A stretch of 64,000 nt of DNA. Source: Nitrospirales bacterium (lineage in GTDB: Bacteria; Nitrospirota; Nitrospiria; Nitrospirales; UBA8639). The notes under the pieces were generated by a model. The model did no database searches, had not been told where the DNA came from, and saw only the letters and a program-made list of their open reading frames with translations. Below, piece by piece: positions 38,904 to 54,418 of the stretch. The stretch spans positions 192,001 through 256,000 of the forward strand of contig CBDBCZ010000012.1 of NCBI GenBank assembly GCA_965203295.1, in the 5' to 3' direction. The position numbers and the translations under genes were made by a program. How positions within the stretch are numbered: the stretch's first letter is position 1; the number at the start of each line of letters is the position of its first letter.

Positions 38904-41900
38904 AGAACAAGTGGGTGCAGCAGCAGATTCCAGCGTGCCGTCCTGTCTTCACAGCCCGTCATGTGTCTTTTGTCTTCTTCATTGTTGGGGTGATCTTCCT
39001 TGCTCTCGGAGTTACCTTTCTCGTTGTTGCAATGAGGGTAAGTGACCTAACATAACAGTGATGTTTATTTGCATGTACATGTAGATTCAAGTAAGAGCCC
39101 TCTGAATTATACCAGTCAAGTCTTAACCATTAACCATGAGCTACATGTTAATTAGACCATGGTTTATCCTAAGCATTATCACATAATTCCAAGGGTGAAA
39201 CCCGAGGGATTGTGTGTGTATTTACTTTACAGCCCGCCAGTAGACATGGACTAACCGGCTTGTATCTTGAGCACTGGCCTAACCAACTCTGGTAGTTTAG
39301 CCTCGTTCTCTGTACCATCCCTGAGACTAGCACTATCAATATTAGTGTTGATGAAGCGTCAAATCGCCTACTTTATAGTAGGTGATTTACAGTCTGCACT
39401 ATCGGGTGAAGTTTGTACAGCCTATAGTAGGTACTGTTGAGGCCAGAAAATATGGAGTGGCGATGTGTACATATTTTGGAGAGCTACAAAAATTTTATAT
39501 AATAGAGATTCAATTAAGATCACACGTGGAAACAAGGTGTCCTCTATAGGGAATACCCGTTGAGCACTGTAGCTTTTAAGCTAACAGTACACTTGGCCAT
39601 ACATATATCACCCTGTTGGCATGTACATGTACATGTGTATGTGGCGTTACTTTATAGTAAGACTCAGCCAATTTCTACTGATAGTATTAGTATTCCACTG
39701 CTGTTGTTGTATATTGTTGCTGTATACTGTTGTTTTTTTATCCCATCTATACTCAGATACGTGAAGTGGAAGTTCCCTACACTAATTGTGAACGAGTTCC
39801 TAGTGATGTCCCTTTCATACGTAACTTCCAGACGTGTTCCGAGTAGCTGGCCAATATAAGTAACATTGAGAGGCGTGATTTTGAAGACTGCCACTGCCGG
39901 GTGAATTTCACTGTCCCAGAGGAGCTGCGCTCTCCGTGGTACATGTACTATGGTCTTGGCAACTACTTCCAGAACCACCGTCGCTACGTCAACTCCTGGG
40001 ATTTGAAACGGCTGCGAGGAAATCGAGGGAGCTTCTTGAACCCCTCTGATGACTGTAACCCCATACGGAATGTTGAGAACTCTAATGGCACACGTATGCC
40101 TGTTGTACCTTGTGGACTCATTGCAAACAGCTTGTTCAATGGTGAGCATACTTTAACAAGTTTGCTTACTTAGGGTCAGGATTAATTAGTAGATTGTTTG
40201 TTGTGAGTGGAGTGGAATTTCCACTATAAACAATGCATGGACTCTCTGAGTCTACTAGCAAATATAGTGGGAGCGAACTTTCCAAAGAAATTTCTAACGC
40301 CAAATGCAGATTTTGGTTTTGATGGATTACTAGATATCTATATGTACATATATGACTTTTGCTTCACCATACTGCATCTTCAGTGATGGCCCATCTCACT
40401 TTTAAAATGTTAATACAATGCTTTTCTAGATCTGGCAAAATGCGAACAGTCAATGTTTTGTGCACTCCAATGTAGTGATTAGAGTGGATCGTGCGTGCAT
40501 AGTAAAATTTCTGAACACACCTGTGTGTAGTTTGTCCTTGTAGACGTCTGAGTTTAAGTATGTGGGCTGTGTAAATTATTATTGTGTTTGTCTCTCCTTC
40601 TAGACTCCTTTGATATGTTTATGAATCGTGATACGGGTGAGAACATGACCTGCTCTAATAGAACCAACATTGCCTGGGATACTGACTGTAGTGTTCGCTT
40701 CCAAAACCCAAACGGCGCCCCTGAGGTCAGCCCTGAGGATCTTGTTGACACCACCATGCCCCCCAACTGGCCGTATAATCTCTCAGAAATTCCTGGGGGA
40801 CTGGAGAACGAGAGCTTTATTGTTTGGTTTCGTGTGTCAGCATTTCCGAAATTCCGCAAACTGTATGGCTGACTGCAAGAGAATGGTTCCAATGATATTA
40901 ATCTCCCTGCAGGAAACTACTCCATTTTTCTCACTTACAGTATCCTTCATATTAATGCAATAGTCGTATACATTGTACGTGGCCTCGTTCCTAAGCTCAC
41001 CACATTTCATACTGCAAGTGACTAAAACTGGGTTGAGGCATGGGAAGAAGGCTAGCATGTATGACTGTGGTCCTAGTTGGAAAGTGAACATATTCTGTTA
41101 CATATTTTGATCATGTCACTACATTAATGCAGAACACGATGACTGTTATGGGTAGGGCTCAAATGTGATGTGTAGTTGCATCAGTAGTTATTCCATGTAC
41201 ACTGTGCATTTGAGCCCCACCCATTAACAGAAAGTAAGCAATATAAGACATTGAATGCAGTGACAATCTTGGTAGAATAATGCTCATGGGACTGCCACAT
41301 ATTAGTCTAACTTGAAGCATGATGTCATCGCTAAAACAGCTTACTGAAGTTCTTGTACATAATGAAGTGGACAAGATATTTAAGTGACTCCTTGCTTGAT
41401 AGCCATTTGCTGGTGATGTATATGTAGCCTCCTCTCTGTGTGGTAGCTATGTAGCATGCATCTAGCTAGTATAAATCACTTAGCCAGTTCAAGCTGAGAT
41501 TCTTAAGGTGCATATGCAGGTATGTGTATATCTCTGAAAGGTGTTTGCACAGTGTAAGTTAAAGTTATCAGCCAGTTTCCTTAACCTACAGCAGACTACC
41601 CTGTGCGTGAATATAAAGGGACCAAATCTCTCTTCCTTGCTGAGATCTCCTGGCTAGGTGGACGGAACCTGTTCTTAGGCATTGCGTACATTGTGACAGC
41701 AACTCTGTCGATAATTGCAGGCTTGGTGCTGCTACTAATACACTTCGCCTGTTCACACTGGTATGTAGATGTAGTTTCTATTGCCATTGGTTTATGTAGC
41801 TGTGTCCCCAGGCTCTCTCGCAGCAAAAGTTGGGCAGAGGCCTTGTAGGTTTAATGTGTGGGTATTTAATGGACTGAATGAGGGCCACTCCCATAGTCTC

Positions 41901-42357
41901 TGTAAGTGTGTATATAGTTACCATTGCAGTCATGATCTTGACCAGCTAGTGATTGCACTGATTTGTCCATTTGCACAAGGCCTCTCCTGTTGTGCTATTG
42001 ATTTTCAACTGGCACTTTTGTAAGCTTATTCCAAGCCCTCTGCTTATTTGGGTACATGAAGATAAAGACTTTCCTGTTAATGTCCAATGGTGTGGACCTG
42101 GTAATTAATTTAAGGTATATACCATTTTTTCACTCTTTGGCCCACTGTTGTTGAGAACCATGGCAAGCAGTATGATGTTTTGCTACTGTGGACAATTCTA
42201 ACTTCTAAGTAGATACATTAACAGGTACGGATCGAGATGACTGCAGTTGCGATTATAGAGTCTATGGGAGTGATCCTCGGAGGTCGTAGTCCTATCCCAC
42301 CTCGGTTCTACTACAAGTGTCTGTTTTTTCCTTTGCAGGAAACACTCAAGAAATTAA
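38904..42357 (+). pseudogene. TMEM30A: CDC50/TMEM30 flippase beta-subunit, exons 38904-39037, 39757-40141, 40604-40939, 41595-41760, 42339-42357
   Basis: QQQIPACRPVFT, YYGLGNYFQNHRRYV, PCGLIANSLFND, NESFIVWFRVSAFPKFRKLY, NYPV, SWLGGRNLFLGIAY. Splice phases consistent; in-frame TAG 39844-39846 and TGA 40870-40872; first exon not found. Confidence 0.93.
40940..41594 (+). other. U12-type (minor spliceosome) GT-AG intron
   Basis: Donor GTATCCTT at 40940; branch point TTTCCTTAAC 41576-41585, 9 nt before the 3' end; no polypyrimidine tract. Confidence 0.9.
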
Positions 42358-43010
42358 AATCCATGAATTGCCTTGAAGCCAGTGGTGCATCAATGCCACT
42401 TGTAATCATCTCATTTTAATTATGTCTATAAAGTTGATGTGTTATACATATTAATATTTGTGTACAGACTGCGGGCTGCGGTTCTAGCAGTAACGGGAGG
42501 GAGGAGCTGACTTCTCACGTGCATGCTAATCGTTAGTACTGTAGTAAGCTTTAATATAGTCTCACGCTAGTGTACGGTCTTGCGTCGCTGCAGAGCAACT
42601 GTGAAGATCCTCAAGAGGTTGGGCTTTCTGAGTGAGTGCATGTTGGTGAGTGTAAAGCTTAGCAGGGAATACAGTAGCTTCTTTAAGGTGACCGTAAGGT
42701 AAACTATTAGCAGCAACATCATCATCACCATAAACCATTACTGATTCTCCAACTGAAACTAGTATGACTCAATGAATTACTCCACAATGGCGTATATACC
42801 AAGAGCCAAATGTGCGGGACAGCCAAAGACACTAGTGTTAGTAAAATACAGAGGCTGAGGATCATTACAAAATGATTGGACATGTGCCTGACTCACTCGG
42901 CGAGGAGTGCACTCTGGCACTCAATGCCTACGACCTTATATATAAAGCCAATCAACCTTTCGGTAGCAGGTCAATGCACACTGCCATGCTCAGCGCTATC
43001 TGACATGGTT
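42352..43010 (+). repeat. ~600-bp segment duplicated (diverged) at ~52985-53510
   Basis: Shared blocks aatccatgaa.tgccttgaa.ccagtgg, ttctcacgtgcatgctaa, agtctcacgctagt, cagcaacatcatca, gatcattacaaaatgattgg, aatgcctac. Confidence 0.85.
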
Positions 43011-43279
43011 ACACAAGATTCAGCTACTTCTAAGCATGGAGGGTGAGTATGAAACATTCTTTGCTCATTTCTTCCTTGTCAATCATCTTGCCTCCTCTTT
43101 CTTCTGGAGCTTCCAAACTATGCTCAGCATCACTACTGACTCTAGATAGATCTGAGCTGCTTGCTCTGTTCCTTCCTGCTTTACTCTCCTGCACTTCATT
43201 TCTAAATCTCTGCCGAGCTACCAACCATTTAGCAGTGCTTCATATAGAATTGTGTTTTTCACTGTCTCTGTAATGAATA

Positions 43280-44254
43280 AAAAAGTGCAAAAACAAGTTA
43301 TGTAGGGATGCACTTCCACCAAAAAACACTTCCCCAAAAACCAATGAAACAAGCAACAATGCACACCACAATGCATGCACAGACTACCCACATTGTGCAA
43401 TGCATTTACCGCGTAGCTACCATCCCTACATCTTTCCAACCACACCCACCACAACCATGTATACGTATATGTGAGATGTGAAGAGTGGTAGTGTAATTTG
43501 GTGTGTGCGTATTGCTCAATGCTAATGACTGAGCATGTGGTGGTTGTGGAAGGTAGCTGAAACTGTAGAATGTGGACTAGTGAGTCATTGAGGATGGAGT
43601 CATATAATATGGTGTTTGTATAGGGACTTGGGGGGTGTTTGGTTATGCCAGGTGGAGTACTAGTGTTATGAAGTTTGTGAGTGTGTTGTGAGATGCTTGT
43701 GTGTGCAGGTTCTTTGTAGGGGAGGTCAATGTGGGTGTGTTTGGTAAAGTGTAGAAACTTTGTTGAGTGCGTTGTATGGTGGTTGATGTGGGTTGTGTTA
43801 GTTGTGTGTGTAGGTGGCAGTGTGGTGTTGTGAGGAATTGCTCGGCTCAATTGTGCTTGTGAATGGTGGAGAGAAGTGCATTTTGATGAGAGTAGTGCTC
43901 CTGTGAAGGTTTGGGTTGGTTGTAGTGTAGGGTGGTAAAGTATGTGATGATTGTGGATATAAGAAGTAAGGGTGGTTGTTGGATGGAGATGAGGTGTCAT
44001 GGTTGATGATGATTGTGGATGGTTGTGTGTGTTAGAGGAAGTATTCGGTGTGCTGTTGAGTATGGGGGCATGGTACAGATTGTGGTGGGTGTGGTTGGAA
44101 AGATGTAGGGATGGTAGCTACGCGGTAAATGCATTGCACAATGTGGGTAGTCTGTGCATGCATTGTGGTGTGCATTGTTGCTTGTTTCATTGGTTTTTGG
44201 GGAAGTGTTTTTTGGTGGAAGTGCATCCCTACATAACTTGTTTTTGCACTTTTT
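43280..44254. repeat. Perfect 175-bp inverted repeat with 625-bp GT-rich spacer
   Basis: 43280-43454 is the reverse complement of 44080-44254; the opposite-strand ORFs share an identical peptide LWWVWLERCRDG...TCFCTF. Confidence 0.95.
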
Positions 44255-46279
44255 GGCAAAGTGCTTTTTCTGTAACTTGTTTTGGGGTGTTTTTTGGGAG
44301 GTAGTAACAAATGTGTTGGTGTAACTGTGTATGGTGTAGGGATAGTGTTGGGATGGAATGTGTTTGAGGATGATTGCATGTAGTATAGGTTTCGATTTGT
44401 ACCCCAGTCAGCACCAAGAAGGCCTTCGTCTGCATGTGCATGGGGGGAAAGGTCTCTGTCAGGATCAGCTATGTAACTGGCATGTGAGGTTGCCCTTTTC
44501 TTGTCAAGGTCGGCATTACAGCTAGCAAGGGGAGCTGCCCTAGCATTTATTATGGAGTAGCTAGTACCGTACTCTATATGAATTAGCTCCGAGGACAATT
44601 ATATGTATTGCATTTTCTAATGTCACAAAGATGAATAGCTGACTGCCCCCTCCAATAGAGTAAGCGAGGGGGCCTCCGGATGGTAGGGGTTGTCCGGATG
44701 CGATAAACCTCCTTTCCAAGGCTTTTCTGCTTGTGCTAGTATTCATAGACAAAAGTGGCTAATGATACATAACAAAGGCAAACAGAAAGGCCCAGAGAAC
44801 AAGGCAAATTTGTTGCGGACAACTTACAACTCTTAAACAGTACCTCTGGCCAGAAGCCGTTTGGACTAGGGCCAACCAACATATAATCAGCCTTGTGAGT
44901 AAGTGTATTATAGCTAAATTTTCGTGTGATTTCGTGTGACTTACGCCCAGAAGATGCAGCTCAGGCCCGGACAGCTGGCACGATCAAAGATGGGCGTTAA
45001 ATAGACGAACACGTGAGGTAAACGGGGCGGTAACTAAAACTCGGAACGGAACGGAACAGTAGTCATTAAATGGCGTGGAACGGCAAGCGTCCACTAAAGA
45101 GTACTCGTAAATCACTGCTGAATCCATTCGATTTTTTTGAATAAGCTATGCTACGAGTGCAATACCCCGGGGAATATCCAGCTTGTTCGCGCTTGAATCA
45201 TTGTGATCGCTTCAGCCATTATCGTGCTAGCCTGGCTGAAGAAAGAAGAAAGAATTGTACGATTACGCCCCTCCCCTCCACTGTGTCGACTTGCCAGTCT
45301 GGTACTCCAGCGAAGGTTTCTAGCAACGCCAACAGTCCTGTTGCTGATAAAAACACTCGAGATGTGATAATATGGCTCATAAAAGCCTATGACTATAATC
45401 AAAGCCGAGTTCTGAACGTATGATTTTGTACGCGTTATATGTGGCCGCCATTTTTTTTCCGTGCCATCCCTACATATGGAGTACTACCGTACTCCATGAT
45501 ACCCCTCTCAAGACTAAGAAATGCCCAAAATCTCATCTTGCTTTCATGATTTGTCTTGGTTCCTTACACAGTTCTTTCTAGGGTTGCTTACCACTGTCAT
45601 ACACTGCATTGTTTGTTAAATATTAATGCAGTAGCAAACACTTATCTAATTGTCACTTGTTTTAGAAGAGATACTTGGAGCAGTTACTACTTCCAAAATA
45701 ATTCCCCACTCTAATTGATAAGCACACATAACTTTTCTTGTGTAAACACAACCATCATGTACAGATAGTATGCAAAACATATCACTTCAGTTAGCAATTG
45801 TAGAAAGAACCGTGTAAGAAACCATACTTCTGACAGCCCACCCGGAGATATCGTACTTGAATTAAACATTACTTTTCTTGTGTTTGCACATTGTTACTTC
45901 AGAGATTGCAGGCACAAAACATAGGAGGGGGGATATTAGTCACACAGAACACAATTGATATTATGAAATTTTACAGAACAGGAGTTATTGAATGTTCACC
46001 CACTCTGAGACTCACACACAACCTAAAAACAGGTGACCTGGTGTGCTGTGTGATACCCTACCGCCAACCTAAATAAGTATGTTTTGACCACTTTATTTCT
46101 AAGAGTGAAGAGCCACAGCCTCTAGCTACCAGAGAAAATGGAGAGGTAACAGCTTCCCAATTTTATTCCACACTCTAGTATAGCATACTTTTCTTACTCG
46201 CATAATGTTTAACTTAATTCAGGGATTGTATGCAGGTACAAAATATAGGTGAGCAACAATAGTTATAGACTTTCATTAG

Positions 46280-46511
46280 TAAGCAATGTTGTACTGTAGG
46301 CTTAGAGGGTGATGTATGTCCAGCAAGCAGGCATCCTGAGGTACAATGTCGCTATTTCTTAGTAATCACTTTTCGGTTGCTCTTATACATATTCCTGGCC
46401 AATAATGAGGGTAGCTATTATAACCAAAAAGTGATTTCTATGAAGCAGTGACATTGTACCAAGGTTGCCTGTTCAACAGACATATATACAGAAGCACTCA
46501 ACCTCTAAGCC
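46280..46511. mobile_element. ~230-bp palindromic MITE
   Basis: ggcttagagg / cctctaagcc termini; ggtacaatgtc / gacattgtacc and aatcactttt / aaaagtgatt inner pairs. Confidence 0.7.
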
Positions 46512-47103
46512 AAGGTTATTTTTAGACTATTTATCCTGGTGTAAACTATAATCCCAGAAATGTGGCTCTTGGTATTTATATAGTACAGAGACGGATTCCC
46601 ACCTTTAGTTTAATTATTCTTCTAGTGCGATGTGAAAGGGGGCTGTCAGTATGTAGGACATTTTCTTACAAGATTTGAGTTTAACCATGCGTTGCTTACT
46701 GAAGTTGTAATCTCTAGAGATACAAGTACATAGACTATAATTGTTTCTCACTCTCTCTGAATTAACTGCATGAGATAAGGAGTGTGTACGTATGCTTACT
46801 TAGAGTGGGGAAGCTGTTACTTTTCCTCTCTCTCTGGTAGCTAGAGGCTGTGGCTTTTGGTATCTCTGGAATACAGAGACAGATTCCCAATTAGCTAGGA
46901 ATACGTACCTTGCCTGACTTTGTGTGATCACAACGTGGGCTGTCAGGGGTACCGCGCGCATGCAGAAAAAAGTGGAATTTTCTGAAATGCGTTACAGGGA
47001 AATTTGACAGGAAATCGGGCAGTTTAGGTACAGGACAGTATAGGATAGGGTAGAATTTCCTTTAAAATCATGAAATTCTGCCCTATCCTATACTATACCT
47101 TAA

Positions 47104-48078
<975 letters not shown>

Positions 48079-48134
48079 TTAAGGAGGAAGTTTTACCTTA
48101 CTATTCAAGGACTTATGTAAATGTCTTTAGTGTC

Positions 48135-48382
48135 AGGGTTAGGGTTAGGATTAGGGTTGGGGTTAGGCCTAGGGTTAGGGTTAGGGTTGGGGTTAGGGTT
48201 AGGGTTAGGGTTAGTCTGATCAAGCTACAACTTTGCTAGAAAATGACAATTTTGACCCCAAGCATACAAATCCCTGAATAGTGAGGCAAAAGTCTAATCT
48301 TAAATGAGATTCATAGCCCCCTAATTTAATTAGGGTTAGAATCAGGTTAGGGTTAGGGTTAAGGTTAGGGCTAGGGTTAGGG
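48135..48382 (+). repeat. Interstitial telomere-like (TTAGGG)n tracts
   Basis: ~13 imperfect units at 48135-48214 and ~8 at 48330-48382. Confidence 0.9.
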
Positions 48383-48469
48383 AACAGGACCCCTTGCAAG
48401 GCTTAAAAAGGTCATTTTTAGTTCAGCTAATTATGTATGCATGGGGGTCACTATTTAGGACTGTTTTAA

Positions 48470-49444
<975 letters not shown>

Positions 49445-52400
49445 TTAAATTGTACCTGAAATACCAGATTTTCTGTCAAATTTCCTTGTAACACGTTTCA
49501 GAAAATTCCACTTTTTTCTGCATTTTTTTTTACTGTACATGGTTGCTTACATGATTCCTTCTAGAGCTGCTTGCCGCGATTAGGTACTGCATAGTTTGTC
49601 CATTTTCACATTTTGTTATGTCTGCTGTCTTTTAAAGGAGAACTATGAACGCTAAATTAGAGCTGGGATGTGTTTGGGAAGCAGTCAATTATTTTTTCTC
49701 CCTGGTAGCTAGAGAGTGTGGTTCTTAGCATTTTTAAAATGCAAGGACTGATTCCTATTAGTTGTGCAAAGGAATATCCTTACTTCAATTTTTCAAATAC
49801 AATATTTTACGGAGTGGGCTCTTAGTGGTACGAATCCTTACACGGTTCTTTCTAGAGTTGCTTGCTGATGTTGTATACTGTATTAATTTACTAGTTGTTT
49901 ACCACCTATTGTTTGTACCAAATATCTCTAGCAGATCATTGTGAGAACATATGAAAAGTAACAGATGTAGGGTAGGGATGAAATTAGGAAGCAGTAGCTG
50001 CTCCAATTCTCTCTGGTAGTGAGAGGTTGTGGCTTTTGGTGTCCACCCTTCTTCAGGTATTGAAGTGCTATCTCAAAGTGGGCTGTCAGGGGTAGTGTTC
50101 CTGACTTGGTTCCTTACACGGTTCCATCTAGAGCAGCGTATTACGATTTTGTACTGCATATAATTTTGTTTGTTTTCACATTTATCCTGTCTTCTTTCCC
50201 TAAAGAATCATTGTGTTCACATGAGGAGAGTAAAGTATGCACGTACCAGAGTAGGCAATTATTTGGGAAGCACTAACTGCTCCAATTCTCTCTGCTAGAT
50301 CTCAAAGTTGGCTATCAGTACAAGACACGGTTCCTTATTAGAGGTTTCTTCAACGGTTGCTTATTAACGGCTCATTCCACTTTGCTTATTGAAGTTGTGT
50401 TCTGTGTGACTAATTATCTCCCACCTATGTTTCATTTCTGCAATCACTAAAGGCAAACACAAGAAAAGTAATGTGTACAATTAATTAGAGGTGGAAATGA
50501 AATTGGGAATTTGGTTCATCTCTATTCCCCCTGGTAGCTAGAGGCTGTGATGAAAGTTTGTTTAGCCTTATAACGATATACTCCTCTTCAAGATGCTTCT
50601 TCTTAATGTTGGCAGTCATCTATAATCTTTCTTGTCAATATGAGGCACAGTTACTACTGTGCTTTTTAGATGGTTCATTCCACGGTTTCATATCGAATTT
50701 GTGTTCTCTGCATGTGACTAGTTTCCCCCACGTCCTATGTTTTGTCATAGATTGTAGAGTACTATCTATGGTTTCTTGCCTGCAATCTCTGAAGTAACAT
50801 TTTGCCATCACAAGAAAAGTAATGTGTACAATTCATTAGAGTGGAGAATGAAATTGCGAAGCTGGTACCTTTCCGCTCTCTCTGGTAGCTAGAAGCTGTG
50901 CTGTTGGTATCTTTGCAATAAAGAAACAGATTCCCAATTAGTAGGAATACCTTGCCTGACTTTGTGTGATCTCAAAGTGGGCTGTCGGTTCCTTACGGTT
51001 TCTTCTAAAGCAGCTTACTGCAATTGTTTACTGCATAACTTGCTTTTTTTACATTTGTCCGGTCTCCTTTCCCTAAAGAATCATTGTGTTAACATGAGGA
51101 GAGTAAAGCATGCACTTACCAGAGTAGGCAATTATTTGGGAAGCAGCAACTGCTCCAATTTTCTCTGCTAGGAATACACTGATCTCAAAGTTGGCTGCCA
51201 ATATAAGGCATGGTTCCTTACTTTGCTCCGTAGATGATTCCTTCAATGGTTGCTTATTGAAGTTGTGTTCTGTGAGACTAATCATCCCCCACCTGTTTCC
51301 TGCCTGCAATCTCTAAAGTTACATTGTGCGAACACACAAAAAAGTAATGTGTGTCATTAATTAGAGTGGGATATTAAATTGGAAGCTGATTCCTCTCCAT
51401 TCTCTCTGGTAGTTAGAAGCTGTGCTGTTGGTATTTTTGCAGTAAAGAGACAGATTCTCAATTAGCTAGGAATACCTTGCCTGTCTTTGTGTTTCTCAAA
51501 GTGGGCTGTCAGTGGTACGTACGGTTCCTTACATGGTTCCTTCTAGAGAAGCTTACTGAGGTTGTGTTATTTAATTTTCCTCACATTTTGTTCTGTTTGT
51601 TGTTCCAGTGCTTTTTAGATGGTTCATTCAACGACTTCTTATGGAAGTTGTGTTCGGTGTAACTAAATTAGTTATCTTCCACTTATGTTTTCTGCTTGCA
51701 AACTTTGAAGTAACATTTTGCAAACACAAGAAAAGTAACGTGTACAATTAATTAGAGTGGGGAATGAAATTGGGGAGCTGGTTCCTCTCTGGCAGATTCC
51801 CAATTAGCTAGGAATATCTTGCCTGACTTTGTGTGATCTCTAAGTAGACTGTCATGGGTACGGTTTTACTTACGCTGTTTTTTACACAGTTCCTTCTAGA
51901 GCAGCTTATTACGATTGTGCACTGCATATAATTTGTTTATTCCCACATATCTGCTATCTCTAAAGAAGATTAATGTGTGCACTCTGTCAGAGTAGGGAAT
52001 TAATTGAGAAGCAGTAACTTCCCCAATTCTCTCTGCTAGGAATACCCTGATCTCAAAGTTGGCTGTCAATATGAGGCATAGTTACTTACATTGCTCCTTA
52101 GATGGTTCATTCCACTTTACTTATTGAAGTTGTGTTCTGTGTGACTAATTATCTCCCACCTATGTTTCATTTCAGCAATCACTAAAGGCAAACACAAGAA
52201 AAGTAATGTGTACAATTAATTAGAGGTGGAAATGAAATTGGGAATTTGGTTCCTCTCCATTCTCCCTGGAAACTAGAGGCTGTGATGAAAGTTTGTTTGG
52301 CCTTATAACAATATATATACTCCTCTTCAAGATGCTTCAGAATCCATAATGTTGACAGACTTCTATAATCTTTCTTGTGCGTTACCGCTTCCATTTTACT

Positions 52401-52589
52401 CTTATTTATTGATAGATACATGTACCTACAATCAATTACTGTTTCAGGTGAACTCGTGAAACTACCTGGTGGGGCATAAATTGGGAACTGTCAGGTCTTG
52501 CTACAAATTATTTGATAATACCTATAACCTCCCTGTTCCTTGAATAGAAACTTCATTCTTCTGTACTTTAATTCTAGAGAGTTCAACTT

Positions 52590-52720
52590 TCTTGCGCAGT
52601 CAAGAGCTGCGTGAGCTGGCGCGAAAAGCATTGACGCGCGCGACGCATATCGTAGTGTGCCCGCCCCCGCATTTATTATTTCGTGGTTCCTTAGCTAGCT
52701 GTCGGTTCCTTGTCGCGTTC
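52590..52720 (+). promoter_or_regulatory. CpG-rich putative promoter upstream of CEP78 5' exons
   Basis: Local CpG cluster with GC box ccgccccc; candidate donor AAG|GTACGT at ~52872. Confidence 0.35.
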
Positions 52721-54418
52721 TCGATTCCTATAATACATGAAATGAGAGGTATGGCAGTAGACGCGAACAGGTTGAAGTCTCACTTATCATTGCCGGGTCT
52801 TTGTTTTTTTTTTTGTTGCAAACAAAGGTATTATTAGTATCTCTGCTGCAAACTACAGCAACCAGAGTCAAGGTACGTAGCACCATAGATAACTTCTACT
52901 ATCTATGGTAGCACGTTAGTCTAGCTAGCTAGCTAGCTAGCTCCAACTTCTACCAACTTGGGGATCGCTTACAGTATTGCAGTAAATTATAATCCATGAA
53001 CTGCCTTGAAACCAGTGGCGCATCAGGGCCACTCCAGATCATCTGATTTTAATTGCGTAAAATGTGTTATACAGGAGGAGCTGGGTTCTCACGTGCATGC
53101 TAAGCGTTTGTGTAGAGTCTCACGCTAGTACGGTCTTGCGTTGCTGCAGTGGATGCGACTGCGAAGAGGTGTGGTTTTCTTGACTGACTGCACATGCTGC
53201 ATATTTGGTGAGTGTAGTAGGGACGCTATAGGGTGTCCATAAGGAAAATTATCAGCAGCAACATCATCAGCAACTGTAAACCATTACAACTGAAACTTGT
53301 ATGACTCAATAAATTATTCCACAATGGTTTATCCACCTAGAGCAAAATACCATGGATAGCCAAAGACACTTAGTGTTAGGAGAGTACAAAGGTTGATGAT
53401 CATTACAAAATGATTGGTTTGTTGCCTGATTCACTCAGGGAAAAGTGCACTCGGGCAAACAATGCCTACTGACTTTAGAGCGATCTTGCTACTTTTGCTG
53501 TCCACATGTTGGTGTAGCCTTCACCTACAGATTCTATGATATCATAGAGACAATCCTAACTTTCTTTGTTTTCCAGACCTCTAGAATCCTGATTTGCCTA
53601 TACTTGTAGCTGCAGCATTTAATTAGTGTACTGGAATGCTTAATCAGCCGTGAAAGATACCAAATTGGGTTATAAAAATGGTATCTGAAACACTGTGGGA
53701 AGATGATATGCCGTATGTACATGTACCAGTTTCCACAGCAAGAGGGAAGCACCCAGCCCTGTACCATAGCTGCTCCAAACCTTCATTGGGTTTTTGCTGA
53801 ACCAGGATTTGAACTCGTGTCCCATATGCAGCTCAAGGCTAGTGTCTCCAGACACTACACTTACTGCTCCCAGCACCTGAAGGTGTTGGTGACTCTTGTA
53901 TACCTTTAATACACTGATAGCATCTTTTCCAAGCCTGCCTGCAGAGACCTTTGTACTTTACCTACGGCCACATGTTGCACACAAATTCATAGAGTGTGTC
54001 ACTAAAGATGTTTGATGGAATACTTGAATAACATTCTGTTTATAACCTTCTGAGGGGCTTTATATTGTCACATTAAATAAAGATCTTAGTCCCACCGTTT
54101 CTTCTACTGTCATTTTAGTACAGACTTGGAACAACTACATTTAATTTTGGCCATAATTTTTTTATCAAAATGAGTGCAAAGCACCTTCTTATTCACATAT
54201 ATGTTGTGAAATAGGTGCTTGAACTGCTTTCATAATCCATTGAAACAGCAGATTACATGAACTTGCAAGACAATGCAACTACAATCTAAACCTACCAGAA
54301 AGAAATAAATCTAGTATGCGTTCATGTAGCTATAGGGAGTTAACTATATTCAGAGCAGCTTGTGCATGGTACGGTATAGCTAATACCTCTATATCAGAAG
54401 TTGCTATTTCAACCATAG

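Noticed and set aside
39844..40872. Alternative genetic code or selenocysteine recoding
   Set aside because: Both TAG and TGA are involved, neighbours carry frameshifts, and TGA falls at an expected Arg; pseudogenisation is simpler.
43218..44598. 260-aa and 188-aa His/Thr-rich ORFs
   Set aside because: Arise from CA-rich low-complexity sequence and the inverted repeat.
48135..48382. True telomere or chromosome fusion site
   Set aside because: Short, imperfect, single-orientation tracts inside a mobile element; no head-to-head TTAGGG/CCCTAA.
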